The translations under genes were made by a program, and so were the position numbers. This document shows positions 1 to 13,007 of a stretch of DNA of 64,000 bases, piece after piece. How positions within the stretch are numbered: position 1 is the stretch's first letter; each line of letters opens with the position of its first letter. Origin of the DNA: Carcharhinus longimanus. Its lineage: Eukaryota. Where the stretch lies: NCBI GenBank assembly GCA_030264375.1, contig JASCQW010000122.1:23022517-23086516 (forward strand), given 5' to 3'. The notes under the pieces are model-generated. The model saw only the letters and a program-made list of their open reading frames with translations, ran no database searches and was not told the origin of the DNA.

Positions 1-499
1 GAAAGTCCTTACTGCTCATAACTATGCAATAACCCCTGCTCTGAGGTGTTCATCCATGATCGATGCAGTATGAGAACCATTTGTTATTAAATTAAAAAAC
101 ACAAAAAGGCCAAGCTGGGCACACAGAATTTATGTTCCGTTTACTTGATTTGTGAAAAACACCCAGCTGTGTGATTACAGATTCCGTCTCAAATGTGCAT
201 TGGCTATAGACAGCAACCCGAGCTGCATACAGCCAACTCCGCTACACTCAAAGATGCTTAATTTCAATACACTGAACATTCAAATGTGTTTTGGAGCAAA
301 AATAGACTTTAATCATCAACATAGATTGGTGACACTACAACCAAGTATTGCAATTTAGTAATCTGTTAGCAAGTGGCAATGAGCAACACACTATGTTGAC
401 AATTAATACTAACAGTGTTGTACCATCAATTGACCCCACTGTCTCTAAATTGTCAGACTTTTATTCAACATACAATGTTACAGCAACGCTAAGTCCAAT

Positions 500-1030
500 A
501 CTACACCATCACTAAGGCCATTATTTCCACCTCTGTATTGTCCCCTGCCTCAACTCATCCACTGCTGAAACACTCATTTGTGCCTTTCTTACCCCTGAAC
601 TTGGTTACACTCCTGGCTAGCTGCCCATGTTCTAAGTTCCATTAGCTAGAGGTCATCTAAAACTCTGCCTAACTTGCACCATGTACCATTACAACCACCT
701 ACTTAAGGGCAGCTGGAGATGGACAACAAATGCTGGCCTTGCCAGTGACACACATATCCCATGAAAGAATAAAAAAATTCTCCCAGTGCTCCCTAAACTA
801 CACTGGCTCCTGGTTTAGTAGCATCTCAATTTTAACATTTTTATCCTGGTTTTCAAATTCTTCCATGGCCTTGTCCAGCCTGAGCTCTGATCTCTTTGGC
901 TGAGATTTTGGTCATCTGCCCCAATTAGCACCTTGTGTGGCCCTGCGCCAAATTTTGTTTCACAATGCCCCGTGAAGCAATTTGGCATGATTTACTACAT
1001 TGACAGGTGCTATGTGCAAGCTGTAGGAGT
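500..1030 (+). mobile_element. Decayed L2 LINE 3' fragment interrupted by a SINE tail
   Basis: gctgaaacactcatttgtgccttt... resembles the L2 RT C-terminus (AETLIHAF...LQ.IQNSA). It resumes at ctacactggctcc (LHWL) and ends in an L2-type tail (gtgaagcaatttgg...ggtgctat). Confidence 0.7.
703..777 (+). mobile_element. 3' tail of Meta-domain-type SINE or its partner LINE, inserted in L2
   Basis: gatggacaacaaatgctggccttgccagtgacacacatatcccatgaaagaataaaaaaa; same tail as at 17120-17175, 26190-26240 (rc) and 37925-37990 (rc). Confidence 0.75.
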
Positions 1031-1964
1031 GCCATAAAATCAGGGCTATAAATGCATATTAGTACCAGCACATGGAATAATCTAGCAGAAAATTGATGGA
1101 CTGAAGTTAAGTGTCTGATAACATCTTGTTTTGTAAAACAAATTAATCTCTTTTCCAATGATAAGCAACCCACATTCAGTGCTTCAGTAAAGCAGACACT
1201 AACCAAAAGTTGTACCAACTCCATCCAAGACCCCACAGTGAAATGGATTGCAAGGCAAATAAACAGTTGAACCCTGACCCCACTCCTTCATAGATGTCAC
1301 CATCACCCTATCCCAGTTCCACCAAACATTAAATACAAAGGCTTCAAAATTGCAAGATGCTAGCAAACTGAAGTGTACTGCATTCCACTGAACTTCAGTC
1401 GAAGCACAAACCAACTCAAGATAAATGGATTAAAAAGCTATCTTTTCATCAAATGGTATAATTCAAGGCCCAAGTTCACACCCAAAATTGCTTGCATCAA
1501 CACAAGTGACAGGAAGCAGGCAATACGTAACTAATCATCCAGTAATATACTCTCAATCATGCTCAAAGCTTAAACATCACTCTTGCATTTTGAACTCTGT
1601 GCACATGCATGTATTTCCTACAACACTTCAGCATTCAAATTTCCATCAGTACTGCTGGTAAAATGAAAATGAATCCAAACAATTCAACCAACTCATGTTC
1701 GACACACTGCATCAAAAATGGCAGCATTTTGAAAGAATTAACATTTGTTGGCAATCACGCCACCAAAGTTTCATGCTAATATTTTAACAGAAAGGGAACA
1801 TTCTTGTTTAAGAAAAAAAAGTAACAAAATCAAAATTTGTACTTGTTTGGGTACCTTTATTTGTGGCACTTCTATAGATTAGAAAATAGAAGTCTGGTTT
1901 ATATACAACATTTCTCTAGTAAAACTAGCTCTCTAAGCTCCTACTTCTGACACAGATTTTGTGA

Positions 1965-2375
1965 TTTTTTTAAGGGGCGTCTTGACAAATACATGATTAA
2001 GATGAGCATAAAGGGATATACATAAGAACATAAGAAATAGGAGCAGGAGTAGGCCATCTAGCCCTTCGAGCCTGCCCCGCCATTCAATAAGATNNNNNNN
2101 NNNNNNNNNNNNNNNNNNNNNNNNNNNNNNNNNNNNNNNNNNNNNNNNNNNNNNNNNNNNNNNNNNNNNNNNNNNNNNNNNNNNNNNNNNNNNAACCCAT
2201 CAACCCGCGTCTTAAAAATATTTAGCGAGGCAGCCTCCACCACTTCAACGGGCAGAGAATTCAAGAGATTTATATGGTCCCCAGAAAGGTAGGGGGTTTT
2301 ATGGTTGGGTATCATGGTTGGTGCAGGTTTGGAGGATCCAAGGGCCTATTTCTGCGCTGTACTTTTCTTTATTCT
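1965..2375 (+). mobile_element. CR1 (HER1-type) 3' end split by a younger antisense CR1
   Basis: tttaaggggcgtcttgacaaatacatg...gggatata | insert | tatatggtcc...agggcctatttctgcgctgtacttttctttattct. Confidence 0.75.
2021..2270 (-). mobile_element. Young CR1 3' end spanning an assembly gap
   Basis: cataagaacataagaaataggagcaggagtaggcc tail. The minus frame reads NSLPVEVVEAASLNIFKTRVDG, the CR1 ORF2 C-terminus. Confidence 0.85.
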
Positions 2376-4165
2376 GCATTTACTCAAGTGCAGAACTGCA
2401 GAGCAGAATTTTTGAGAGTTTACAGTTGTCAGGATTAGGAAAACAATATCAATGCAAAGTAAGTGAACAATGCACAGATATCAATCCTGCCACCCAAACC
2501 ACAGCAACGTATGTGAACTATTCTTTTATCCATGTTGATTTCTCGCTCATGCATTTTACCACGTGCGTGTCCACTTTCAATGGCAACACTGAGACACGAA
2601 CAGCTGTTAAAAATCAATGCTGTTCAGTATTCGGCAGATAGGAGGCAGCACTTAAGAGCCTGATGACTATTTCAGATGTCCTCTTCTTTCTTTTCCCAAA
2701 ACAAAACCTTGCGCACTCTTAGCAATTTCCATCCAAGTGCCTAAATGATTGCACTCCCTTCAGCTCTGCTTCTCCCATGCCCAAAAAATATAAAGATTAT
2801 GTATTTTAAAAAGTTGAATATACCCATTGCCAACAAGCATGAGAGCATTACATTGTGTATATTCACTTTTAAGTAGATCTGAAATAGAGCCTAGAAGGGT
2901 TAACAAAGAGGTACTGTCCTGTTGAATAATCATTTATAATTTTTATTCTTCGGGCTCAGTTACAAATGAACATTCTATGAATGAAAAAGGCTACTTGTTA
3001 TCGTTCAGAGACAACACTGAGGGAAGGAAAAAAGACGACATTATTCCCTTTCTAGTGCAGCTCAGAGTGGGCTGTTCTTAACTTTGTGTCCTACATGACC
3101 TCTCTCAAGTCTATGACTCCATAGTTTTAAATTTTGGTTCAACTGCTCATTTAGTTCAATTTAAACATTCATTCACTGCAGCTTTTGTGGGGGGGGTGGG
3201 GGGATGCGGTGGTGGGAAGGGAAGGAGTGCAGGTGTTCTTTTCCCACCCATTTTAGAAGAGGATACAAGGAACAATGCAGTCACATTAATAGTGCGAACA
3301 ATCTGCAGTCAGCCTGTAAAAGTTGACAGCCATCCCCACAGGAGTCAAGTCTCCCCCTCCCCCACCACACACCACCGCCCCCCCCCCACCCCCAACAAAA
3401 CCTCCGNNNNNNNNNNNNNNNNNNNNNNNNNNNNNNNNNNNNNNNNNNNNNNNNNNNNNNNNNNNNNNNNNNNNNNNNNNNNNNNNNNNNNNNNNNNNNN
3501 NNNNNNCCGACCTCAACCACACATCTCTCTGCTGCCTATAAAATCCACCAAGACAATGGGAGAATTGTCCAGTGAGCCAGTTTTCTAAAAGTGATTACAT
3601 TTTTTTTCTGTTTATGGCCTAGTTCTGAAGGCTGTCAGTTTCCATGTCCAGTTGTTAAAACCCCTGAGCTGCTCGAATGCAATTCAACCCGACTCAGGAA
3701 GGACGTGCTTTAATTTTTAGACCAAAGGAATTTCCCATTGCGCACTCCAGCAAATTCTCTGTAAATATCTCCTGGTTCAACATGCATCATATTGCCAGAC
3801 CTCTATAATAACCAAGCCTGTTGAGGTATTGCATCAGTGACCTGAAACAGCGTAACGTGTAGAACTATTAACAGCTCAATGCTCCCTCAGCATGGATTTG
3901 TTAGAACCCTTTTCCCTATTGCAGGAGGAAAATATCTCCTCCATATCCACCGGCATGTTACTGAGCAGGTTAAAGTGATTTAAATCTAGTTCTGTGCATA
4001 ACCAACACAATTACATTATGTAATTAAATGAAGCACAAATTAGGATTTTAGTGCTCTCTTGCATTAAATCTGCTTGATTTTTGGAACTAAATGCAAACAC
4101 TGCAAAATAATTCACTGGTCTGCAGAACTATCTTCATAACCAAAGAATGAGGAAATGACTTTCAG

Positions 4166-4371
4166 AACATTCTCCCTGTGTCTGTGTGGGTTTCCTCCCA
4201 CAGTCCAAAGATGTGCAGGATGGGTGGATTGGTCATGCTAAATTGCCCCTTAGTGTTAGGGGGACTAACTAGGATAAGTGCATGCGGTTATGGGAATAGG
4301 GCTGGGTGGGATTAAGGTTGGTACAGACTAATGGGCCAAATGGTCTCCTTCTGCACTGTAGGATTCTATGA
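4166..4371 (+). mobile_element. HE1 V-SINE, 5'-truncated, with CR1/HER1-type tail
   Basis: V-domain gggtttcctcccacagtccaaagatgtgcagg...ggattggtcatgctaaattgcccc; tail atgggccaaatggtctccttctgcactgtaggattctatg. Confidence 0.88.
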
Positions 4372-5019
4372 ACATCCTCCCCTTTAAATTCAGATCAGAT
4401 TTTTTATCTGCTACCAAATGCTAATCAATCATTTGAAAGTTGTTTTGCCCTCACTGTATCTGTTCCTCAAGTAACCCAACTCCCATCAGTCACAGCCTGG
4501 ACAGACACAAAATCTGTGAGGTTCATGTTGTTCCTGGTTCAAAACAGTTCTTCACGGAATAGTTCCCTCATCCGAACTTTACTACGAGCAGTTTATAACC
4601 CCAAGAGGGGCAGAGGTGGGAAAATAAACCTCCATCTCATACTTTGTTATCAAGCTCCCATTTTGAAATGGAGAATTTACCAAGTATCACTCTGCCTCAC
4701 TCTCACATTAATTATGGAAATTGGTCACAGCTGGCGACAGTTCATAAGGAAAATGTTGATGTTCCCTCATTCTACCTTCATAACACAACAAACCCAATCC
4801 AAGAACCACCTTATTTCTATAATATTTTATGCACAATGACTAATCCTCAATGTGCAATCGAAATCACAAGAGTTCATTTTTGTTCTTCTTAAACTGCTTC
4901 TAAAATATATTGTCAAAAACCATAATTAAGCTCATTGCCTCTGATTTGTGAGAGCATCACATTTTGTATGACATGCAGACAAAATTGGAAAACTTCAATT
5001 ACGTGGAGAGATTACAAGA

Positions 5020-5430
5020 GAATCCAAGATTGTTTCTCTTGGAGCCAAGATAGCTTTTGGGGGAGGGGAGACCAGGATAACTTTTGGGGATGGGGAGCAT
5101 GGGGGGATTTAATAGGTGTTCAAAATTGTGGGGAGCAGGTCTACAGAATGCATAAGGGGACACCATTTTGACTGGAGGGTGCACTGGTAACCAAAAGTAA
5201 CTTTTGAAAAGAAAATTGGCCATATGTTTGAGACAGACACATCTGCGGGTCTATGGGAAACTGAACTAATTGAAGAGCTTTTCAAAGAGAAGTGGCAGAT
5301 ACTTGATGGGTGAATGGCCTCCATTTGTGCTTTACAATTCCCTGACTGGGACTAATAGGGGTAGCTCTTCAAAAAGTTTGGCACAGATACTATAGGTCAT
5401 ATAACCTCCCTTATGTGTAGTGAGATTCTA
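5020..5430 (+). mobile_element. Old CR1 3' fragments
   Basis: ggggggatttaataggtgttcaaaatt (GDLIGV.K) and two degenerate CR1 tails (gatgggtgaatggcctcc...; ataggtcatataacctcc...gattctatga). Confidence 0.55.
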
Positions 5431-5744
5431 TGAGTTCTTCAACATAAACATTATGGTGGACCTGAAAGGCCTTATAGTGTACTCCTGCTCATTATTTCTT
5501 AAGTGCTTATCTTGCTCCACTGCCAGTTTAAGCCATGTAGCCCTGTGAAGTAGCGATAGCAACAGATTTTCAGGACCAATGGGAATTTTTTTACTTATCC
5601 AATTTTTACCCAATAATATTCATCACATAAACACTTTTTCTTTTAAAAAAGTGCTGGATGGGAGTAGCAGCACAGTATGCTGCAGTGCAACTCTATCATA
5701 CTACCCCATACAGCGCACTCATGATGCGCATTAAGCAAATGATT

Positions 5745-6030
5745 TTTAGAATTTAGATATAGAGAGTAATGAATTGATTGGAGATAGTCAGCATGGTTTT
5801 GTGGAGGGTAGGTCGTGCCTTACTAACCTTATTGAGNNNNNNNNNNNNNNNNNNNNNNNNNNNNNNNNNNNNNNNNNNNNNNNNNNNNNNNNNNNNNNNN
5901 NNNNNNNNNNNNNNNNNNNNNNNNNNNNNNNNNNNNTTGGTTTAGGTTAGAGGGTCATTGCTTTTTAATTGGTCGGTGCAACATCGTGGGCCGAAGGGCC
6001 TGTTCTGCGCTGTAATGTTCTATGTTCTAT
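5745..6030 (+). mobile_element. CR1 LINE, RT region and 3' tail, middle lost in gap
   Basis: agtcagcatggttttgtggagggtaggtcgtgccttactaaccttattgag encodes SQHGFVEGRSCLTNLIE. The tail is gggccgaagggcctgttctgcgctgtaatgttctatgttctat. Confidence 0.9.
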
Positions 6031-6518
6031 AAAGTGATTAATAGAAGTTCCTTGCTGTGCAAAATATTGCCCGACGTATTCAACTCCAAGTACATATTAT
6101 CATTCAAATACAACTATTAAGTGCATTAAGACATTTAGTCTCCTCAAATGTACACAGGAAAATTAAGTAAACTACAAACATTAAAAAGACATAACGCTGC
6201 AAACACTTCACACCCGAAACCTGCCGAAACCTGCATTTTCTCCTTCATCCCATCTCAAACCTACATTGTATTAGAATCTGTTGAACCACAAAAACCTAGA
6301 CTAGGGTACAACCCATCTTTCAAAAATAGTCTTTGCTAACTAAACTTTTCCTTTCTCTGCAACCTTACCCCACCTCACCCAACAGTTTTTTCCAAGTAGA
6401 GCTTTCTCCAGGCATTTTTTAAATGAGAAATGCAAACCTGAGGAATGGTATTCTAATGGAGTCTTGTGATGGCGCTCTTCCATTTATTTTACTTTCTATG
6501 ACCCAAGTTAATTAATTA

Positions 6519-6762
6519 ACATAGAACACTACAGCACAAACAGGCCCCTTCAGCCCACTAGTTGCACCCATCACATCCATACCTACCAAGCCATAGAACT
6601 ATCTGCAACTCCCAATCCCATTAAATCCCATATACTCATCCAGAAGCCTTTTAAAAGATCCCAGTGAGTTCGCCTTTACCACCACCGGCGGCAGCCGATT
6701 CCACCCACTCACTCACCACCCTCTGAGTGAAAAACTTATCCCCAAACATCTCCTCTGTACTT
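6519..6762 (-). mobile_element. CR1 3' end
   Basis: acatagaacactacagcacaaacaggccccttcagccc tail and caccaccctctgagtgaaaaac (rc FFTQRVV). Confidence 0.85.
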
Positions 6763-6779
6763 TAACTATATTAAATCTT

Positions 6780-7540
6780 CAGTCAACAAAGCAGATTTTC
6801 AGAAACATCTTAAAAGGAGCAGAAATGAACAGGTTTAGGCACGAATTCCAGAGCTGGGGTTTAGACACGGGCACCACGGTGGCAGTGGTTAGCACTGCTG
6901 ACTCACAGCGCCAGGGACCCAAGTTCAAATTCCAGCTTGGGTCACTGTCTGCGTTGAGTTTGCATATTCTGCTCGTGGTTGCATGGATTTCCTCCGGGTG
7001 CTCCGGTTTCCTCCCACAGTCCAAAGATCTGCAGGTTAGGTGGATTGGCCACGCTAAATTCTCCTTCAGAGTACTCAAACAGTGCTGGAGTGTGGTGACT
7101 AGAAGATTTTCACAGTAACTTCATTGCAGGGTGAATGTAAGCCTACTCGTGACTAATAAATAAACTTTCAGACTTTACAGCTAAAGTTTACAACTTTTAG
7201 TTGTAGGCTCTGCTCCTAATGCTGGGGTGAAGGAAGCGAGGGGTGCAGTTGGAGGGGAGAATCACAAGTTCTTGGGAGCTTCTACAGCTGAAAGGGGTTT
7301 TGGAGGCAGGGAAGGAGGAGGAGGCCACTTGAACATAAAAAGGTGAAGTTTTTAAAGTTGAAACATCAAATCAAGAACCAATGTGGATCTGCTAGCACTG
7401 GGCTAATAGGTGAACTGAAGAACTTGGTGCAAATTAGGCTACAGGCTACACAACATTGAGTGTAAAGTTATAGAGGGCAGAAGACAGATGAAACAGATGC
7501 TCCAAACCTGAAGTTAACAAAGGAAGAAAATCCAGCTATG
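6780..7540 (-). mobile_element. Decayed L2 fragment carrying a nested V-SINE
   Basis: ggtttaggcacgaattccagagctgggg (rc PQLWNS) left of the SINE and degenerate antisense L2 RT sequence (aaccaatgtggatctgctagcactggg) right of it. Confidence 0.55.
6869..7168 (+). mobile_element. Full-length V-SINE, alternative tail (tail B)
   Basis: tRNA head with A box (tggcagtggttagc) and B box (agttcaaattcc), V-domain, tail ttttcacagtaacttcattgcagggtgaatgtaagcctactcgtgactaataaataaacttt. Confidence 0.9.
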
Positions 7541-9294
7541 CGAATTTAAATTCAACTGGAGACGTGATAGCATAATATGAGTCTCTAGGTGCTTGGCTAG
7601 ATCAGTTTGCAGGAGGGCACATAGATGCACAAACACCATACAGTTACAGTGCTAAAACTGCCTCCCAATCCCCCGTTAAAAAAAACTATGCTGCCATAAA
7701 GGGAGCTGTTTCAGCAATGTAGATGTGGCACACAGACATTGCTCTCCTGTAATATGGACCAAACTAGTGCTTCTGATGTGCCTATGATGTCACTGGGGGC
7801 CAAAGTCAGATTATTTAAATTAACATCACTGGCACAGAATCCAAATGCTTTCAAAACTCCTTGGGCAAATGAGATCTCTGCAGGGCACTTGATCGCAGTC
7901 TCTTGTGCTGGGGTCTAATGAACAAGTCCATCAACAAATGTGAATGTCCTTTTTTTCAAAAAGTTCCAAAATCTTGCAAGCCTTCCATTAGAGTTCTGTC
8001 TTTCTGCACTCCTGATAAATCACAACTTTAAGTGACATTAGTTGTTCTGTGCCTTGAGCAATTTCTTTCCAATTACATTCTTGAAATAGTGCCACTGACT
8101 GCCTCACTAGCTTGATTACCACTTTGTCCAGCTGTTTTGATTGTGCTAAGTTTGATAGCTAGCCATGTGCATTTACTAAAATGCAAAATGTCATTTCAGT
8201 ATTTTTTTATTTTAGAAGAGGAAGGATATCTTATTTCTGTGATCAATAAAAGACACAAAGCGTGTATTTTTTTTTAAATTACGCTTTAAAGAGATGGATA
8301 ATTATTAAAAGTACTCTATACTATTCTTTATAACATTTCTGTGAGCCACAACAGAGTGACCTCTGGCACCAACATCATGTATTACTTTTACTGCTTGGCT
8401 GTAAGTTGCTGCTTCTGGGCCACAACAGCTGCTGAGCAGAACAGATAGCGTAAAAAAAAATATGAAATACAGCCAAAAGGTACATCCATAATCTAAACTC
8501 ATCAAAACAACAAGACTATAATAGATACAGAACACGCAAATCAAAAAAAACTGGAAAGATATAAACAAATTATTATGAGGCAAATCATTTAACTCCCAGA
8601 TACCTCTGAGAGAGAAGGAATTGAGGGATGTTACCAGGCACCCTAAATCCATGAATTTCTCAATTACGTATTTGCATTAGCACATTTTATTTTGATGCTT
8701 CAACCTAATATTTTATGGGGTGGGGGGGCTGGCTGGCCGGCCATGAAGGAGGGAGGCGGGTTGGGGGTGGTGCTGGCTGGCTGGCCAGGACGGAGGTTAA
8801 AGCTAGAATAAAAGGCTATTTGATGCAACTGCGTTAGTCTGGTGGTCTACAATGATGAGGCATACATTCTTATTAACCTCAGTCATCTCTGAAGACACTG
8901 AACTTTTAGGGATACTTTCTTTATCTTTAGGCATTTAAGCGGCACCTTATCAGACCTGCTTAATTTCCTATCCTTGACTCAGCAGGTCATTGTGGCAACA
9001 TTTCTAACAGGGAGTTGAACTATCTGCAAGTTAGGGACAAGTTTGCATGTGGATCTTTTAACATAATTTCAGTTTGGATTTCCAAGTAAATTGCTTGTAC
9101 TTATCTTCAATGGCATTTAAGATACTGTATCTAAATGCAGAACTATGAATATCTTCACCCAATATGTTGAATAAAACAATCAGCACATATCTCCCTACTT
9201 TTGACATATTTTTGCTTTGGGAGGAGAGGGTGATGAGGGGGAGGAAAAATGGAGTAAAGATTCAGCTTTAAAATTAAATTCCTAGAAATTACAA

Positions 9295-10493
9295 GAGGGA
9301 CCCAGGCACACAGGTCCACAGTTCCCTAAAAGTGGCAACACAGTTTGCCAAGGTGATTAAGGCGGCATATGGCATGCTTGCCTTCATCAGCCGGTACACT
9401 GAGTACAAGAGCTGGAAAATCATATTTTTGATTTGAATTCATTTATTATCATATATATTAATATACAGTGTTTCTTGCGTGCTATGCAAAACATACTGTT
9501 CACAGACAGGGAAAAGAGACATTGCAGAATATAGTGTTATAGTCATAGCTAGCTTATAAAGAAAGGTCAACTTAATGCGAGGTTGGTCCATTCAAAAATC
9601 TGATGGCAGCAGAGAAGAAGCTATACTTGAGTCGGTTGGTACATGTCCTCAAGACGTCTATATCTTTTTCCCAATAGAGGAAGGTGGGAGAGTGTATGTC
9701 CGGGGTGCATGGAGTGCTTAATTATGCTGGCTGCTTTTCCAAGGCAGCGGGAAGTATAGACAGTGACAATGGGTGGGAAGATGATCACGACCCTTTGTAG
9801 ATTCTTGTGGTCTTGCACAGAGGAGCCATACCAAACTGTGATACAACCAAAAAAGAATGCTATGGTGCATCTATAAAAGTTGGTGAGAGTTGTAGGTGAC
9901 ATGCCAAATTTCCTTAGTCTTCTGAGAAGTTGCAGTTATATAAAACTATGGTCTGGCCACATTTGGTGTTTTGCATGCAGTTCTAGTTACCACACTATCA
10001 GAAGGACGTGGAAGCCTTGGAGAGTGCAAAGAAGGTTCACCAGGATGTTGCCTGGTCTCCAGGGTGTTGATTACAAAGAGAGGTTGAATAAACTAGGATT
10101 GTTTTCACTTGAAAGAGGCTGAGGGGATATCTGATAGATGTCTACAAAATTGTGTGAGGCATAAACAGGATGGATAGTCAGAGGCCTAGGGTGCAAGGGT
10201 CAATTACAAAGGGGCACAGGTTCAAGGCGAGAGGGAGGGGTGTTTAAGGGAGATGTGTGGGGGAAGGTTTTCATTCAGGCGGTGGGTGCCTGGAACACGC
10301 TGCCAGAAATGGTGGGGAAGGTGGCACATTAACAACATTTAAGAAGCATCTGGATGGGTACATGAATAGGGAGGGAATAGAGGTATACAGGCTAAGGGCA
10401 GAAAGTTTTCTTTTAATTTAGTTAGGGCATCATAATCTGCACAGGCCTGGAGGGTTGAAGGGCCTGTTCCTGTGCTGTACTTTTCTTTGTTCT
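9295..10493 (+). mobile_element. CR1 LINE 3' portion interrupted by Rex1
   Basis: ...gagtacaagagctggaaaatcat (9423) joins gttgcagttatataaaact (9929). Encodes RVQRRFTRMLPGL...YKERLNKLGLFSLE. Tail gaagggcctgttcctgtgctgtacttttctttgttct. Confidence 0.9.
9424..9928 (-). mobile_element. Rex1/Babar-clade LINE 3' fragment
   Basis: ORF 9621-9902 reads MSPTTLTNFYRCTI...GCITVWYG...KNLQRVV...HPGHTL, typical of the Rex1 C-terminus. Tail repeats (atcaa-like) are at the left end. Confidence 0.85.
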
Positions 10494-12352
10494 TAAAATG
10501 GAACTGCAAGATTTGCAAGTCCCACACTATAGGTGAACTTGACTAATAAAACTTTTCCATCTTCAATCAAACAGTGCAACAGCATCTGGCATAAATACAA
10601 GGCAGATTAATGTTCAGAGGAAGGTATGCCTAGAATTCAGTGGAAAACAACCCGTCATGTTACCAAATTGCAAATGTTGGATGTAAAGCAGTCACATAAT
10701 CATCGGTATCTCACAGTAGGAAGATTTCCTCTGCGCGCTATCTGTAGCAAAATCATAAACACATTCTTTGTGATTTTGCTTTGAAGAGAAGCATTCTTCA
10801 CCCCAGAATGTTGGTCGTAGCCACATGTTCAAGGCTCACACTGATTAGGGGGTTTTGCATTGTTTGCATTTAATGAGATGTGAATAGGCAGAGATATGTA
10901 TCAGCAGATGACATATCAACTCTTCTGCTTTCTAATGGTTTGTACAGGAATTCCATCACACAATTTTCATTTGGCATTTTACTTCTAAAATGTTATTCCA
11001 AACCAGAGTGACAGACATTAAGACACTATTTACCTTCAGTTAAATTCTCTACAAATTTCCAAATATTCACTGACTGCAACTAAAAACTGCATTACAGGAT
11101 TACCCCACATGTGGAAACTTTTTAGTGTCCATATAAAATAAAAGATTTTCAAAACTATGTTCTTGAAGTCATGTTAAAGATTTGATCAGAACAAGTCATT
11201 GAAGCATTAACACAATAACAGGAACACGAACTGCACATGCCTCCCTCCGCACTTCTCTCAACTTCAAGGAGGGAAAACTCAAAATTTAGCTACATTAATT
11301 GCCAAGGACAACAGGTGAAAGTTTTAAAAAAGGTTTTGAAGTTGACATCTTCTGATAATTCCTGAAGAGTTCATATGCAACTTTAAGTGAGCAGGGCAGT
11401 TATCTAAAACATTCCACCCATAACCACTACGGCATCAATTCTTGTTAGGAGAAGGTGGTAGGATTATTGCCAAATAAAATAAAATAAATAGCTTGACAAA
11501 AACAAATGTTTTTTCTTTCATTGTCGATTCTTTTGCACAACACACTGAATACTATAAACAGGAGTTAAGGTGGGAAACCAAAATCATGCACAATAGATGC
11601 TGCCAGAAAGCTACCATAAATCCCAGCTCCAAGTTTTATTTTTCAAAAGACACAACAGCGCCATAATATCTTACAAATTTAACAATTGGACTATTAATCA
11701 GGGCTTGATGATAATATAACAAAGGACAGCACACACAGGTGTTTTGTTAGCAGCTGCAGCGGATCACAGTGATAATTGGGGTCAAAGAATAACCTATTGT
11801 GCAGTGTTCAGACCGTCACTGAAGCAGAGCAAAGAGCACTGCTCAGGGTTCACTTGCGTTCGTGAATACAGAACAGGAATGCTGCTGGAAAGGGAAAAAG
11901 GACATCATGATCTTGCACAACTCCAGAGTTACTTTTATACGGGTACCATTCAAATATAGGTCCCCAGATAACGATGTCCATCAGCTAGTTCCTGGCACTT
12001 ATCCTGATAAATCTGGCTTCCCCCTCCCAATATCAGAAACAGACTCGAAGGCCCACAAAAATCATGGTCTGCGCATCAGCTGCTGGGTAAGACAGCCACA
12101 GTAATGGGATAAATGCTGAGAAATGGTGCATGCATCACGGTCTCCCAGAAGTCACATTAGAAATGGTAATATAAAGTATTAAGTGCCACAATAGCAGCAC
12201 CCACTACTGCTTGCAGTGTTATTCAGTATTTTTAAGTGGAAAATTCTACATTAAAACAATTAGTACTTCACAGTCTGATGCAGCCAATGGGATTCACTTT
12301 TACTTAATTGTAGTTGTGAACACACTTCACAAATATTGAGAAAGTTACCTTG

Positions 12353-12379
12353 CACACACACACACACACACACACACAC
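12353..12379. repeat. (CA)n microsatellite, (UG)n in the pre-mRNA
   Basis: About 13 consecutive CA units. Confidence 0.95.
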
Positions 12380-12905
12380 GGATACCAGTTGAAATTTGAT
12401 TCCATGCTTTAGAGGCATCCGCTTCATAGGATTAACTGGTAATCTATTTTCTACCAGTATTAAGCTCTTTCGTACAACCAGTGCCCCACTCCCACCTCAT
12501 ATGTTTTTGAAAATGAGTCATGTTTTCTGTAAAGGTAAGTGAGACCCCAAAAAAATTGAAACACTGTTGCTAAAATAACAAGAAGGGCATACTTTTAATT
12601 ATTAAGTTAGTTTTACCCTCTTAGCAGGGGCCAGAGACCAACCTCACTGACACTGCTCATCCATATTTGTAAGTTAAATTTTGATGTGGTTCTCCCTTTG
12701 GCAAAGGTACATCATACACAATTGTATATCACAGATTCTACGTGTGCTGAAATTTATGGTACACATTAGCAGCAATATGACAGGTTCTTGGAGCTCATTT
12801 ATCATCAGTTTTATTCTTGGTAGGTACTACCTTTTTAATGAAAGGAAACATCAAGCTTCAATTTCTCCTACTGAAGCAAAGAAAATGCAGCTAGCCACTA
12901 CTTAC

Positions 12906-13007
12906 AACAATATGTGCTGGAGATGGGGACCTAGCATCCTTCAGTCCTTGCCTACCCTGTAGGCTCCCTGCCTGTACATCAATCAATGGCCATTTCATCT
13001 GCAGGTA
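12906..13007 (-). CDS. TCF7L2: TCF7L2 internal coding exon (equivalent to human 102-nt exon 5), in the region between the beta-catenin-binding domain and the HMG box
   Basis: Minus strand has a long pyrimidine tract ...ttttgtttcccatttccag|TAC, then 102 nt in phase 0/0 encoding YLQMKWPLIDVQAGSLQGRQGLKDARSPSPAHIV, then donor GTT|gtaagt. Recalled human TCF7L2 reads YLQMKWPLLDVQAGSLQSRQALKDARSPSPAHIV (3 differences). TCF7L1 lacks the QAGSLQxRQ segment. Confidence 0.96.

Larger units (their letters stand above)
1..12905 (-). other. TCF7L2: TCF7L2 intron downstream of exon 5 (partial)
   Basis: Starts at the gtaagt donor (12905). The next exon (SNKVPVVQHP...) was not seen in the window. This intron is very long in other vertebrates. 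Confidence 0.8.

Noticed and set aside
3187-3406. G-rich and C-rich tracts (also 8717, 26578, 51891, 61828) with G-quadruplex potential
   Set aside because: Low-complexity runs common in shark introns. This one borders a gap, and there is no evidence of function.
6869-6940. tRNA-like A/B boxes here and at other SINE heads
   Set aside because: These are SINE promoters that run into V, Deu or Meta domains, not tRNA genes.
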